Source: Piedraia hortae CBS 480.64 (Eukaryota). Taken from it: 64,000 bases of DNA. The stretch is from positions 87,440-151,439 of the forward strand of contig MU005980.1 in NCBI GenBank assembly GCA_010093745.1, written 5' to 3'. The notes below the pieces were generated by a model. The model was not told where the DNA came from, made no database searches, and saw only the letters and a list, made by a program, of their open reading frames with translations. The translations under genes were made by a program, and so were the position numbers. This document shows, in pieces, positions 22,601 through 34,435 of this stretch; the first letter of the stretch is position 1, and the number at the start of each line of letters is the position of its first letter.

Positions 22601-24721
22601 CTGTGGAGATGGGGTGGGTGGGGTATGTGGTGGGGATGTGTAGATTTAGGGAGCTTTTGCTCTGTATTGCAAATGAGCTATTGAGATTTGCGATGAAAGT
22701 CATGTTCTTAGCGGACTGCTTCCGTCCTGCCCTCGTCATTCTCCGCACCACGCACTTCAATAGTCATGTCTTAAAATACAGAGAACCCGTAGTCTACTCA
22801 ATCCAAGACAGATTCCCTCGCAACACGGCTCCGGGACATACATCTAGACAGCCAGAGCAAGCTCATGCACTGCTACCCTGCACCCAAGAACCCTTATACC
22901 AATACCAAACCTCTATCAAACCCCAGTGAGAACGAGAACGAAAAAGCGAGAGAGATGGTCTTCCAGTCGTTCAGACTGTGATGGGAAAGTATATCTATTA
23001 ATTGAGATACATCTAGACAGCCCCGGCAAAGCTAATGTGGTGTCTGCACAGCTAGTCTGTACCCCGGCACCTCTATGTAGGTAGACAGCGAGGTGGTAGA
23101 GTGTGGGATCGCACATTCGTTGGGAGATGATGACGTGAAGTCGACGGTGAGAGAAAAATGTTGGCTGTGATTGGCTAGTAGGGACGGCACAGGCTTGGTA
23201 GCACGACGCCTTCTTTTGATGTTTGCTGCTTCACCGCAACATCTCTCTGGCAGGTGTCTCGCTTTCAAGGTTCGCAGTTGCAAATCCTGGACAAATTTCT
23301 GGTAGTCGGGCTTGGTAACATTTCACGCTCAGCTAGGACTTGACAGGAGCCACTGGATTGGATGATGGGATATCTATTCTGCTGTTCATTCACGTAATCT
23401 CAGTGGTGCACAGCGATGCTGCACTCAGACATAGTTTGTTGCAGAACCCCTCACCGCGGCGTACACAGCAAATGCAAGCAAAGGCTCTTCGCCGAGGACC
23501 GGAACATAGGAACTCATCTGAACCCATATCTGGATCCATTCCCTCCCAGCCTACAATCGAATCTACCCAGCGCAATGACCCAGTACAAGAGTCTTGCCAG
23601 CTTTCCAGATGAACGGCTGACACTCTGCTATGAAGAGGAATGCGCTACCTGATCGTATGCGGCCTTTACTGCCTATTCAAGCACGTACTTGGTTGGGCCG
23701 TTTACGCGTCCGGAAATGACCCCGAATCACTTCCCCTCGCCAACGACACTCTCCACGTGTACTTGAATGGTTCCCGCATCCCGGAAAGAAATTCCCCCCA
23801 ATCCACGCAATCGTTACGATCCCTCGCCAAGGATATAAAATCCGCGGCAGTATCGCTGGACTGATTGCCCCTATCTCCACCAAACCCCCTCACCAACGCC
23901 ACCATCGCCGCTTACTGAGCTACTCCCCCGAAGTCCAACAATTCTACGAAATCAACGTAGATTCCAGGAGTTCCGCAACTGAAGCGGTTCCCCTCCCGGA
24001 CGAGTTCAGGGATGGGGGATGAGTTTGTAACAGCAAAAAGTACGGGCGAGAGATAACGGCGGAGATGAACGGGCCACGTTAAGGTCAATGCTTTGCGAAT
24101 GGGATTGTGGATTGAGCGGTGAGTAGGATTATCTTGCTCTTTGGGTTTCATAGATATGAGGGTTGGTTTGCTGATGACAGGAAAACTGCGCGAGGGAAAT
24201 CGGTGAGGGCTCTGGATCTGTGTGGGTATGTGGTTTTAGGGCCGTGCATGGGTTTTCCGTGGTTTAGGAGATGAGAGATAGGAAGGTGATTCATGGGGTT
24301 TGGGAACCCGTGGATTAGAAATGCTTGGTTGAGCTTGTCGAGAGGTGCTGAGGTGAGCCGGCGAGGAAGGGGGGGGGAGGGGGGTTTTTGCTTTGAAGAC
24401 TTGGGTTTGTAGACTTGTATAATGTAGGTTTCACTTGGGTGTGAATGTGGATGTAGCGGATCGATCTAGCATTACCAAGACTTCGCCATGTCCAGGTTCG
24501 ACAACAAGGCTTTTGTATAATATCTGATAAGTTCTCACTAGTGTATGATGGTGTGACTTGTGAAGGATACTCCAGGGCGAATGTTGCCTTCATAACACAA
24601 CGAAGATCATCTCTCCTTCCCTGCTTTCTACGTACCTCATTACCTCACATCAAAAATCATACTTCCATCCTCCTCCTCAAGAACGAAAAAAGCACCTTAC
24701 TATAACCCACCCCTTTCGATC

Positions 24722-25793
24722 CTAAAAAACCACACCCCCACCATCAACAACCAAATCCGCCCCCTGGATATAACTCCCCGCTCTACTCGCGAGGAGGACA
24801 CAAACCCCATCCAATTCCCCAACAGCACCCATCCTCCCCATCGGATTCCTCTCCGCCCAAATATCCCTCGCCCGCGCAATCGTCCCTCCACCTGCATTCA
24901 GCACCGTATCCATATACCCCGGCGAAATCGAATTAACCCGTATCCCAAGATGAGCCCATTCCGCTGCTAAGCTAGATTTCAGCGCCAAAATGGATGTTTT
25001 GGAGACGTTGTATGCGACTTGTGGTTGGGGGAAGTTCACCCGGTGGGCGGATATTGATGCTATTAGCGTAATAGAGCGGCCGCCTGGTGGAGGCACGCTT
25101 TGCGGAGCTGAATCCGTCGCCTTGTATTCGCGTGTAGCCTCACCGTGCGTAGAATCGCTCCGCGAACCGTCGTTACGAGAGTTAGGCTCGGTGTGAGAAG
25201 GATTCTGCCCCCTTCCATCCCTCTCCGTGATGTATCTCGCAATAGCCCTCGCACAGATAAACGCCCCCGTGGCGTTGATTTCAATCACCCTCCTCCACTC
25301 TTTGATCCCAATCTCCATTGCTGGAACGCAGGATACCACGCCCGCGAAGCAGAAGAGGTGGCTGATTTCCCCTCCGCTCTCGGAGAGGGCGCGTGAGACG
25401 GCATCTTCGTCTGTGACGTCTACGGGGACGGATTTGATGATTCGGTCGGGGAAGGAGGTCGTTAGCTCTGAGATGGATGACGAGGAGGTTTGGAGGGTGC
25501 TGGCCAGGTCCCAGAGGTAGATGGAACTTGCGCCGTGGTCGAGCATGCTGCGCGCGCAGGAGAGGCCCAGCGTCCCGGCGCCGCCGGTTACTGTTCCTAG
25601 CGTTAGCTGGGTGGAGGATCACCGTGGGAGAAGACGGACTTATCACTCCGCCATGGACTTTGAAGCGTTCGGTGGCGCGTTGGGTTGGGGTCATGGATGG
25701 GGGGAAGGGTGCGGGAGGGGCGGTTGTTGACCCGTCGGAGAGGGTCATGAATGGCAATGTGCGCGAGGAGAGGTCTTCGCGTGAGGTTGACAT
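24722..25793 (-). CDS. Short-chain dehydrogenase/reductase (arabinitol/mannitol dehydrogenase-like)
   Basis: Intron 25591-25639 joins GVI to ITGGAGTLG (Rossmann motif). YxxxK in PQPQVAYNVSK; VNSISPGYMDT; ADLVVDGG. Confidence 0.9.
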
Positions 25794-25957
25794 TGTTGGT
25801 GGCTGTTGTGAGCCGTGGGTAGGACTTTCTTATGTAGATGGATGGATGACCCCACAGGAAGATATATCTTCCAGGTGGGTCACAAGATTTCTTATATGCA
25901 CGATTCCGGCGGAATGCTTGACTGGGAGAGCACAGAAGGACAGTTGGTATGGGTATC

Positions 25958-26618
25958 TCATGCAAACATCTCGTCATACTCTTCGTCATCGTCTTCCACC
26001 GGCGCTGCCTGTTCCTTGATCATCTTCTTCCTATCGACCGGACACGTCGGATTCAGCTTCAACCACGGCTGGATGCACTCGAGGTCGAAGATGTGGTCCT
26101 TGTGACACGGCAGCCGCACGACCAGCGGGTGGGGGTCTGTTTTTGTCAGCTTTTGAGTACTAAACGGCGACTGCTTATACCATCCAGAAATGCGGTTGAA
26201 CAGATCGGACAGACCATGTCCTGGGTCAAGCTCTTCTTCGGCACCCTCTCCAGCTGCGCGAGAAACTCGTCACTGACCCCATCCACCTTGGCCGGCGGAT
26301 CGGCAGCTGATGCGAGTAGACTGTCGATCAACGGCTGCAGGAGATTGTTCTCCGGCTCGTTCTGGTTCATAAGGACAAACGCTTCGGCGAGGTTGCGGAA
26401 CACGGCCGAAATGTCCTCGGGAAAGGGCAACGAGTGCGGGTTCTGCGGCGCATGGCTTCCAGATGTATCGACGCGGGTGAGGGTGCTGAAAAACGTCGTC
26501 AGGTCCGGACGCCGACGGTTAGAATCGGGCGGCGTCTCAACGGGAATGTTGTGCTCGTCTGTAGCAGTGTTAGGAGCGACAGATTACTTCAGAACGGCGC
26601 ACCATGGTAGCCGGACAT
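25958..26618 (-). CDS. Small RING-H2 E3 ligase (YBR062C-like)
   Basis: Introns 26559-26602 and 26137-26180 give MSGYHDEHNI...CPICSTAFLDDPHPLVVRLPCHKDHIFDLECIQPWLKLNPTCPVDR. Confidence 0.88.
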
Positions 26619-26742
26619 TGTTTGGTGGACTGGTTTGACAGCGGAAACGGTTCCGCCAACGTCAAACCGGAACGGTTCCGCTCTATATCAGGCGACGACA
26701 GAGACATTTATCCGCAGGCAGACCAGGCAGACATGAAAAGAC

Positions 26743-28827
26743 ATGGAAGATGGAGGCCTCCCCACCCCTGCCTTGTCGCCGATTGACGAAGATGGCGAGG
26801 GAATCCAGCCGTTTCCTCCGTTTGAAGGCTCCGAGGCTGCCGTAAATAGACAGCCCGCCTCCAAGTCGCCAAAGCAAACCACGGTTGGCTTAGACGAAGC
26901 CAACACCGATGGCCTCGGCATTGTAGATCCGTTGCTGCCCCTGGGCATTTCCAAGAGGCCGCCCAAAGCGTCTCGCTCAGCCTCTTCGCCGCTGATTCAC
27001 AGCAAACGATCACACTCAAAGTCTTCTCGCGCCAAGCCGGATGTCACACCGATCAAAACAGATGAAGAAAAATCCGGCCGTCGTGCCACAGTCAAGCCGT
27101 CGCCAATCATGACATCGCCCATGATGCCCCTTCCGCCAATGTCCCTCGCGACTTTTCTGCAGTTAGAGCTTTCATCAGACCTGCCTTCTGCTCTGTATAT
27201 CCAACGGCCATATAGCGACTTCCCCTATGAATCCTCGCGGGTCAAGTTCCAGCGCCTGCTAAACTTCCTACTCGTCCCCTATAACCTTGAACAAGTGCTC
27301 TGGTTTGGTGCAGTGGCGTGTCTAGATGCCTGGCTCTATGCCTTCACCATCCTGCCCCTACGGTTCGTCAAAGCAATAGCTGTTCTCTCCCAGTGGTTCC
27401 TCCAGAACATCGAGAATTCTTGCTCCTTCATCTTTGAGAGCGTGGCGTCCATCTGGTCCCGCGAACGACGAATTCGCACACCGCGAAAATCAAGCACGCG
27501 CAAACACCGTCGAATACGATCTACCCCATCCGCCCTCCTCCCAAACCACAAAGGCGACATCCTCCAAGGCCTCCTCATAATTGTCAGCTGCATCGTCCTC
27601 TTCCACCTAGACGCCTCACGTATGTATCACACGATCCGGGGCCAATCCGCAATCAAACTCTACGTAATCTACAACGTCCTCGAAGTCTTCGACCGCCTCC
27701 TCAGCGCCATCGGGCAAGACATCCTCGAATGTCTAGTCAGTCCTGAAATCCTCGAACGCAACGAACAAGGCCGCAGCCGCATTCTCCGCCCTGTATCAAT
27801 GTTCCTCCTCGCCCTCTCCTACAACGTGGCCCACTCCACCGCGCTCTTCTACCAAGTCATAACCCTCAACGTAGCCGTCAACTCCTACAGCTACGCCTTG
27901 TTAACCCTCCTCCTGAGCAACCAATTCGTCGAAATCAAAGGCACCGTCTTCAAAAAATTCGACAAAGAAGCCCTCTTCCAAATCACCTGCGCGGATATCG
28001 TCGAGCGATTCCAACTCTGGCTCTTCCTCCTCATCATCACGCTCCGCAACATCGTCGAAGTAGGAGGTTTCATCCAACGTCCCTACCCACCTCTAACAAC
28101 CCCACCCAACGCGTTCACGATCATTCCCAACTGGACGTCCGGAATCCTAAGCCCCTTCCTCATCGTCCTCGGCTCGGAAGCCCTAGTCGACTGGATCAAA
28201 CACGCATATATCAATAAATTCAATAACCTCCGTCCCGCGGTGTATGGGCGTTACCTTGACGTTCTGGCGAAGGATTACTACGCCCACGCATTTCTCGATC
28301 AGAATTTGATGAAGAGGCTGGGTCTGCCGGTTATTCCCCTCTCGTGTCTGTTTATAAGGGCGTGTCTGCAGTGTTATCGCATGTTGGCGGCGGTTTACCT
28401 CCCCCCTACTTCTGCTGAGATTGTCGCTCCGCGGAGTAGGAATTTTGCGGCGCTGGAATGGGTCCTGGGGGCTCGCTCCGCGGAGGATGCGATTGCGTTT
28501 GCGGCCATGCTGGCGTTTTTTGGAGCGGGGTATTTTGTCCTTTTGGCGGCGAAGTTGGTCCTCGGCATGGGGATTTTGAGGTTTGCGAGGAGAAGGTATG
28601 CGCGTATGGACACAGTGTTGGTTCCCGCGGAGGAGGAGGGTGCGAAGAGATCGGGGGGTTGGGGCGTTGTAGAGGTGCAGGAGGATAAGAGGGCGCATAT
28701 TTATGGGGATGATCCCCAGGGGTTGAGCGAATTGAGGGAGAGGGAGGAGAGGGGTAGAAGGGCGAAGAAGGGGGATGGGGTTGCGGGCGTAATGAGGTAT
28801 AAAATGGTTGGGAAGAGGATTTGGTAG
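26743..28827 (+). CDS. EMP65: ER membrane protein Emp65/TAPT1 (DUF747)
   Basis: Motifs DASRMYHTIRGQSAIKLYVIYNVLE, NVAVNSY, NQFVEIKGTVFKKFDKE.LFQ..CADIVERF, VDWIKHAYINKFN. Confidence 0.92.
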   Translation: MEDGGLPTPALSPIDEDGEGIQPFPPFEGSEAAVNRQPASKSPKQTTVGLDEANTDGLGIVDPLLPLGISKRPPKASRSASSPLIHSKRSHSKSSRAKPDVTPIKTDEEKSGRRATVKPSPIMTSPMMPLPPMSLATFLQLELSSDLPSALYIQRPYSDFPYESSRVKFQRLLNFLLVPYNLEQVLWFGAVACLDAWLYAFTILPLRFVKAIAVLSQWFLQNIENSCSFIFESVASIWSRERRIRTPRKSSTRKHRRIRSTPSALLPNHKGDILQGLLIIVSCIVLFHLDASRMYHTIRGQSAIKLYVIYNVLEVFDRLLSAIGQDILECLVSPEILERNEQGRSRILRPVSMFLLALSYNVAHSTALFYQVITLNVAVNSYSYALLTLLLSNQFVEIKGTVFKKFDKEALFQITCADIVERFQLWLFLLIITLRNIVEVGGFIQRPYPPLTTPPNAFTIIPNWTSGILSPFLIVLGSEALVDWIKHAYINKFNNLRPAVYGRYLDVLAKDYYAHAFLDQNLMKRLGLPVIPLSCLFIRACLQCYRMLAAVYLPPTSAEIVAPRSRNFAALEWVLGARSAEDAIAFAAMLAFFGAGYFVLLAAKLVLGMGILRFARRRYARMDTVLVPAEEEGAKRSGGWGVVEVQEDKRAHIYGDDPQGLSELREREERGRRAKKGDGVAGVMRYKMVGKRIW

Positions 28828-28918
28828 GATGTGCCCCCAATGGGGCTGTAGGATAGATGTGCACATTAGATGGGGGGTATCAATGATTCGTAGATGGAGT
28901 AGTAAACAGGGTGGTACA

Positions 28919-29340
28919 AATGATCTCCCGCGCGTGAACATGGTCGGCGGTGATCAACCTATCTGGAGACGGCGTTCTCAATCCCACTCACACTGGCCAT
29001 GTAGTAACAATAACCACACCTTTCCGCCAACAGAAAAACCCCATTTAAGCCTTACTTGGAATCCTCCTCTTGGGTAGTTACCTATCCAGCAAAACCCCCC
29101 TCAGGCAAGTTCGCACCGAATGATCGCCCTCGCATGAACACGATCGGCGACATATCAGATCTCATCACCTCATCTAGAAATGGCGTTCCTCAACCGAATC
29201 CTCACCTTAGACACGGAGTCGCCTTCTCTTTCCCCCTATGAAACCCCTATTGACTCTTCCCCCCCAAACGATCCCCTTGGACAGTAACAGCATCCATGCC
29301 GAATGATCTCCCCCGCATGAACCCGATCGCCGCACCATAA
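28919..29340 (+). repeat. Degenerate tandem repeat, three units about 190 bp apart
   Basis: Motif AATGATC(T/G)CCC.CGC(A/G)TGAAC..G(A/G)TCG.CG at 28919, 29119 and 29302. Confidence 0.6.
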
Positions 29341-29784
29341 CCGCGCCTCAATCTCGACATCCATCACCCAAAAAAGAAAATGTAATCCGTCAGGGGACAT
29401 GGCCGTTGAAGCATGCATGTGGCGGGAGGCGTTTCGTTAGGCACTACCGCCTGCCGACTGTGTCCTTCAATTGGACATTGCTTTTTTTTCTTGCCTCCGC
29501 ACCATCCATGTGCCGAGAGTTCGATTAATGACGGACGATTAATGAAGATGGAGGATGGCAATAAAAAACGGTGCGGGGAAAGTGTGGCTGATCCTATGGC
29601 CCCAGATTATACATGGGTTTAGGGCTGTTAGGACGTTTGTCCTTGTTGGGAAAGAAGAGCCAGGGAGCTGGGTTGGTAAATGTTGAATCCTTGGGATTTA
29701 GAGTTGTGATGGAGCGGGACTTTCGTGATGTTATTATGATGGGTGGAGATTCTGAGTATCTATCATGTAGCACGGTGAGCCCTG

Positions 29785-30177
29785 TGTCAGATGAGGTAGA
29801 TCGGTGGTAGATAGAACTCCCGAGGCTTCGCAGGAATTTCTGTCTCATACAGGAGTTTTCCTCTGTGAAGAGGCCACGTCATCGTGTGATCTCGGCAAAT
29901 GCGGTCTGGCCAACTGTGGGTCTGTGGACAACGTTGCGTTAGCTCTCAGCACGTGGAGACGTACAGTCACACACGCACCTTTTCGCCCAGACTTCACGTC
30001 TTATCATACCTATTGTATGGCGTTGAAGGTTTAGGTTGGTTAACTTTTACTGCCTTCGTAAGGTTGTGGGTGGACGCCTCCGCTGTATTGATTTGAATGA
30101 TGGGAGTGGCAAAGAGAAACTCTGCGAAAAGGGGAACCTTGTCTTAAGGGTGAAAAGTTGATAGTGCACCGCCAACA
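29785..30177 (+). mobile_element. LTR-like element
   Basis: Begins TGTCAGATGAG. 29819-29951 is a close inverted match to 7909-8040 and shares the family A core. Right end uncertain: ...GCCAACA at 30177 or ...TCAGCTGACA at 30700. Confidence 0.55.
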
Positions 30178-30878
30178 CAGAAACGGTGATGTAGAACCGT
30201 TAAAGTATAGCCTGCTTTGCTATTTTTGTTCTAACTGCAGTCTGCAGTCATGGTACTTATGCGTGCGTGGAAAGCAGCTTCGTCCTGCTAGTGCGAGGGA
30301 TGAGGATTGTGAAGGTGCATGCCATGTGCGTTTCTCAACAAGAAGGATATCAGGGACTTGGTGCACCGCCAAGGTGGACAGATCCCGCTGTTTCCTAGGA
30401 CTGCATACAAAACCGGTATATGATTAGACGCTTCGCCTACTCATGTTATTACATTTGCTATGCCTCTCGGCATGTACCTCTTGTTTCCATTGCACCGCTG
30501 GTGCGTTTATGAATACCGACACAATATACAGCAGGCGTATGCATGGACGTTGGCACGAGCACAGCATATCGAGTTACGCAGAGAGGATTTCAAGGCGCTT
30601 CCTCCTCTCCAATCGATTGTGATATCACGCACAACGCATGCAAACGTACAAGCAAGCGAGCAAGTGATGATCGCATAGGTTTATCCCTTCTCAGCTGACA
30701 CCTGCCTCTGTTGGGAATGCAATGCAGCAATGATTGTCATGTTCTGTGGTACTTCTAGAAAAACATGACATTCATTCCCATTTTCAACTCAGCCATCTCT
30801 CTAAGATCGGCGGGACATGACACACATTATGTTACAATACTTACAGTCTATCATTGCCCATAAGGCTCTCCTTTCACA

Positions 30879-32462
30879 TTATTGGATTATTGGTAGAAAC
30901 TGCCGATCTATTAGTTTTGTTTGGGATATACCACAGCCAAGACTCACATTCAGGACGATCAGCATTGGCATGTCAAAGACGTCTGGCTTGACCAACCAGC
31001 ACATTGAACAACGCACCCGCTCTTCTGCTTGATCCCCTTTTTGGGTCTTGTATTTTAGTATAGAACATGGCTCGCCGATGATGGACGTGCGCGGCGCACC
31101 GAAAGCGACGTTGGCAAAGTCTTCGTAAAACTTGACAACGCTGTCTTCGTCGAGAAGCTCCGCTAGAAACATTGCCTGTGGTCGACGAGGACTCGATTCA
31201 GGACTCGACTCGGACTCAGAGTTGACCCCGTTGACATTCCGATTGGGCTCCTTGCCCAATAACACGTCCCGTTCCCAGCCGGTTACCATTGAAAACTCTT
31301 TGCTGACTGCCGCAATTTCGCCCGTCCGTCTACAGACAATCGTCGGCGTCGCGGAGCCGTGAAAAAAATCTTCGTATTCGCACAGCGTTCGCTGGAAGCA
31401 CTTTTCCATGAATATGAGGTCGTCCTTGGTGAGATCGGAATTGCAGGAAATGAAAGAAGGTCGAATGAGGGAGAGCGACTGCGCTATGCGTGAAAGCTTT
31501 TTGGGAGGAAAACGCTTTTGCAAAAGCACCGTTAATGCATGAAACGCTTCAGGGTATGAGTAAGGGTGTTCGACTGACGAGTAAATGTCGGCCGGCGATC
31601 GTCGTTGTGGAAGGAGGCTCTGATCTGAGAACCCGTCCAAAGTCGAAGGCTTTGAAGGAACAAGGACCGGCTCCGGAATTGAAGTCGGAGACATGTAAGC
31701 TGTTGCTAGGGAATTTTGCCCTATGTTATATGCATCGAGCCCGTTGGCAGGGGGCCAGCCATGTATAGGCGTCAGAGGCTTACTTGTTTCCATCATGGGA
31801 AGAGAAGGTGGCTGCATCTGATACGGGTATGTGGGCGTATACGGAGGAAGGCCAGAATGGTCTTCGTGATCCGGCGAGACAACGGCTCCAGACGAGAGGT
31901 GACCGAGCATGCCAAACTCTAGAGCTCCGTAATGGTTCCCAAAGTTGAAGTCAGCAAGGTTGAACGACGGCCCGTCAAAAGTAGGATCGAGACCAGACAT
32001 TGGCATCTGCGTGCCCGACACCTGCGTGGGTGAGAGCTGCGCGGCTGACAGCCCCATCAGATCCACCAGACCATACGGCGAAGCATAGTAGACAGTTGGC
32101 GTTTCTGGAATTTGGAAAGGCATGGTAGGGGCTGCCGTTCCTGCTGCCGTCATGGCATCAGGAGAGTCGTGCAGATACTTTGCTTTCTTACGGACTCCGT
32201 CATGGCACTGATCTTGTAAGCCTCGTTTGATACAGCGTAGGCACGGCCGTTCGTCGCCACAGGTTAGGTGGGCGCGCTGACAGGCAAAACATGCACGCCG
32301 CGCCTTCTTACGCCGTGGACGGTTGGGGTCTTTGGGATTAACGGGCTTGGGGCGTGCTGTGCCATTGGTGGTGGACGATTGATCAGCCATCTGGTTGTTG
32401 GGCTCAGAGGCAACAGACTCGCACGCGGATTCGTCCCCCTCGTGGCAGGGCTTGGGCGACAT
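30879..32462 (-). CDS. acuK: Zn2Cys6 transcription activator of gluconeogenesis (AcuK/Ert1)
   Basis: RRKKARRACFACQRAHLTCGDERPC..CIKRGL..QCHDGVRKKAKYL; PAS-like region PTIVCRRTGEIAAV.KEF; last intron 30900-30947. Start ATG inferred. Confidence 0.9.
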   Translation of the reverse strand: MSPKPCHEGDESACESVASEPNNQMADQSSTTNGTARPKPVNPKDPNRPRRKKARRACFACQRAHLTCGDERPCLRCIKRGLQDQCHDGVRKKAKYLHDSPDAMTAAGTAAPTMPFQIPETPTVYYASPYGLVDLMGLSAAQLSPTQVSGTQMPMSGLDPTFDGPSFNLADFNFGNHYGALEFGMLGHLSSGAVVSPDHEDHSGLPPYTPTYPYQMQPPSLPMMETSKPLTPIHGWPPANGLDAYNIGQNSLATAYMSPTSIPEPVLVPSKPSTLDGFSDQSLLPQRRSPADIYSSVEHPYSYPEAFHALTVLLQKRFPPKKLSRIAQSLSLIRPSFISCNSDLTKDDLIFMEKCFQRTLCEYEDFFHGSATPTIVCRRTGEIAAVSKEFSMVTGWERDVLLGKEPNRNVNGVNSESESSPESSPRRPQAMFLAELLDEDSVVKFYEDFANVAFGAPRTSIIGEPCSILKYKTQKGDQAEERVRCSMCWLVKPDVFDMPMLIVLNVSLGCGISQTKLIDRQFLPIIQ

Positions 32463-33892
32463 TTTGAATGCAGCAGAAGAGAGCCCTGATGCTGCACAAC
32501 TGCAGTCTGGAATAGCATCTACAGTGGGGGATGCAGGCAACGAGGCGAACCAATTAAAACGATGGAGAAAGCCGGCGCCGGGGTTACCGCGTGGGCGTCA
32601 AGCAGCCGGGATCAGGAGAGGCGCAGAAAGCAGCAGTTCATCAAGGGTCAGATACAGGGAGAGGCGAGCGCCACCGTTGCTCGCGTGGCCGACGGCCCGT
32701 ATGTGGTGGAGTCGATGTATAGAAGGAGCGGAGTGCCGGTGCGTGTTCGCCCCTTCCGTGGCGTCGGGCCGACGCGGTGCTACTCGCTCTCGTATCCGCC
32801 CACCTACAAACAACAACTCTGTCTACGTGATGCTGAAAGACTCCTCGGGTCCTCCAGTTTGTTGCTAACTACAGATGAGGTGGTGTATTCTGCCACTCGA
32901 GCCAGCGCGGCTGCGACCGGCACTTGAAACCGCCCCGCCTCTGCGCTAGCAAACTAGCGCACGTCATTGACCTTCACCGCTCTTTCCACTCACACCAAAC
33001 CGTGCAATGCCCCTCGCATAACACTTGGTCCCCCCCATGACGAGTTCGGCGCAGATGCCCGCTTTCCTTAAAACCACCCCTAACCCTATTGCTATTTGCG
33101 GCCGCTGCAACAAGATGCCAGCCCAACCTCCTCCCCTTGTCCTCCAGCGCAGCATCTGTGGCGATGCAGCGTGGCTCCCATGCCGTACAACCCAACATGC
33201 TCATCTCTCACCGTGAAAAGCAAGTGTAAGCTACCAAAAAATCCAACCATAGGCGCAATTCTATTTACGTCATAGGCGGCTCCCACCCCCACCACGTATA
33301 TCACCTGCGTTTAAAGGAGCCAGGATATGGCGCAACAACGTTGACGTTAAGCCATCAAACAAAGTCCACGGCTGTCTGCAAAGGGCAAATACGACGGTGA
33401 CAGCCTCGGACTTCTTCTTCAAGGTACCGCCCTGTATTGGCGTAGATAATCAAAATGCATCAAATTTGCTTGCTTTGTAATGTGCCCCAGCACCGAGCCT
33501 TCGGACTTCATCCACGTGCAACTGTTGTGCAATCAGCCACGTGATGCTTCCTTCATGTCGCACCGGTATTTGATCCTTTACATCCGGCCGTTCCTGGCCC
33601 TGATTGTCCCTGGGACCGCTGCCATTGGCTATATTAATAACGTGTCAAGAGCTTATATAAACCACATACGTCATGTACACTATAGACATTGCAAACACAC
33701 CAAAGCACCCTCCCACACCGTATGGCGCTGTGCCCTTATCCCTGGTTGCAAAGGCGCATCCTGTGGCTCTCGTACGAAGCGCCACGAGTGCCTGCACGAC
33801 ATGTGCCGGAAGCTCTTGTCACGCAATCGTCACACCAGTTCCTTCTAGTATCAGGCTATGGAGGCCGGTCGGATAAGCATCGTAAAAGTACT

Positions 33893-34435
33893 TTAAGAAG
33901 AGGCGATATGGGCAATACGTTGCCCAGCTAAAGTCTGAAGCCCTCCAACGACCACGCCACGACTAACTAGGGTGGAGCCACTAAGAACTTGTGTGCCACA
34001 GGCTGGGATAATGCCATGAGGCCTGGTCCGTGCTGGCCTGGACGATCGCCAATAACCTGGCAAATGCCGCTCGAGCACTCTAATCAAGGCACTACCTGGG
34101 CCCGCTGAATGTTGGGCGGACATTAGCAAAGTGGGCCTCCAATCTTGACGCCTCTGGGCACATCCTATGGCTTATGTGACGATCGTATGATCGAATCTGA
34201 ACTGCAAGTCAGCTCCCGCGCGTACCAGGCCAGAGGAGATCTCCTCGCCATTACCGAAATGACGCTTTCCGTCCTCTGAGACTGTGCGCACACCGCCTCC
34301 GGTGATGTGCCAACGTCGCTTCATGATTTGCATGCATATAGCGGTAGTAACAAGTTTCGCGACAGAACTTGAACGAGCTGCCAAGTCGCTCTCTATATTC
34401 AAGCTCGCCTACTCAGCTAACATCCCTGGCACATC
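33893..34435 (-). pseudogene. Possible relic of a beta-lactamase/LovD-family serine hydrolase
   Basis: Fragments VPGM... and SVAKLVTTAICMQIMKR (SxxK-like motif); the rest is broken by stops and frameshifts. Confidence 0.35.

Noticed and set aside
23520..24280. Possible gene with an intron-like segment at 24119-24180
   Set aside because: Coding-like composition, but frames are broken by stops and I cannot recognise a family.
24722..32462. SDR plus Zn2Cys6 factor as a secondary-metabolite cluster
   Set aside because: No backbone enzyme (PKS, NRPS, terpene synthase); the factor is the conserved AcuK/Ert1.
32562..33216. Short plus-strand ORFs divergent from acuK
   Set aside because: No convincing spliced model or motif; may be acuK promoter/UTR sequence.
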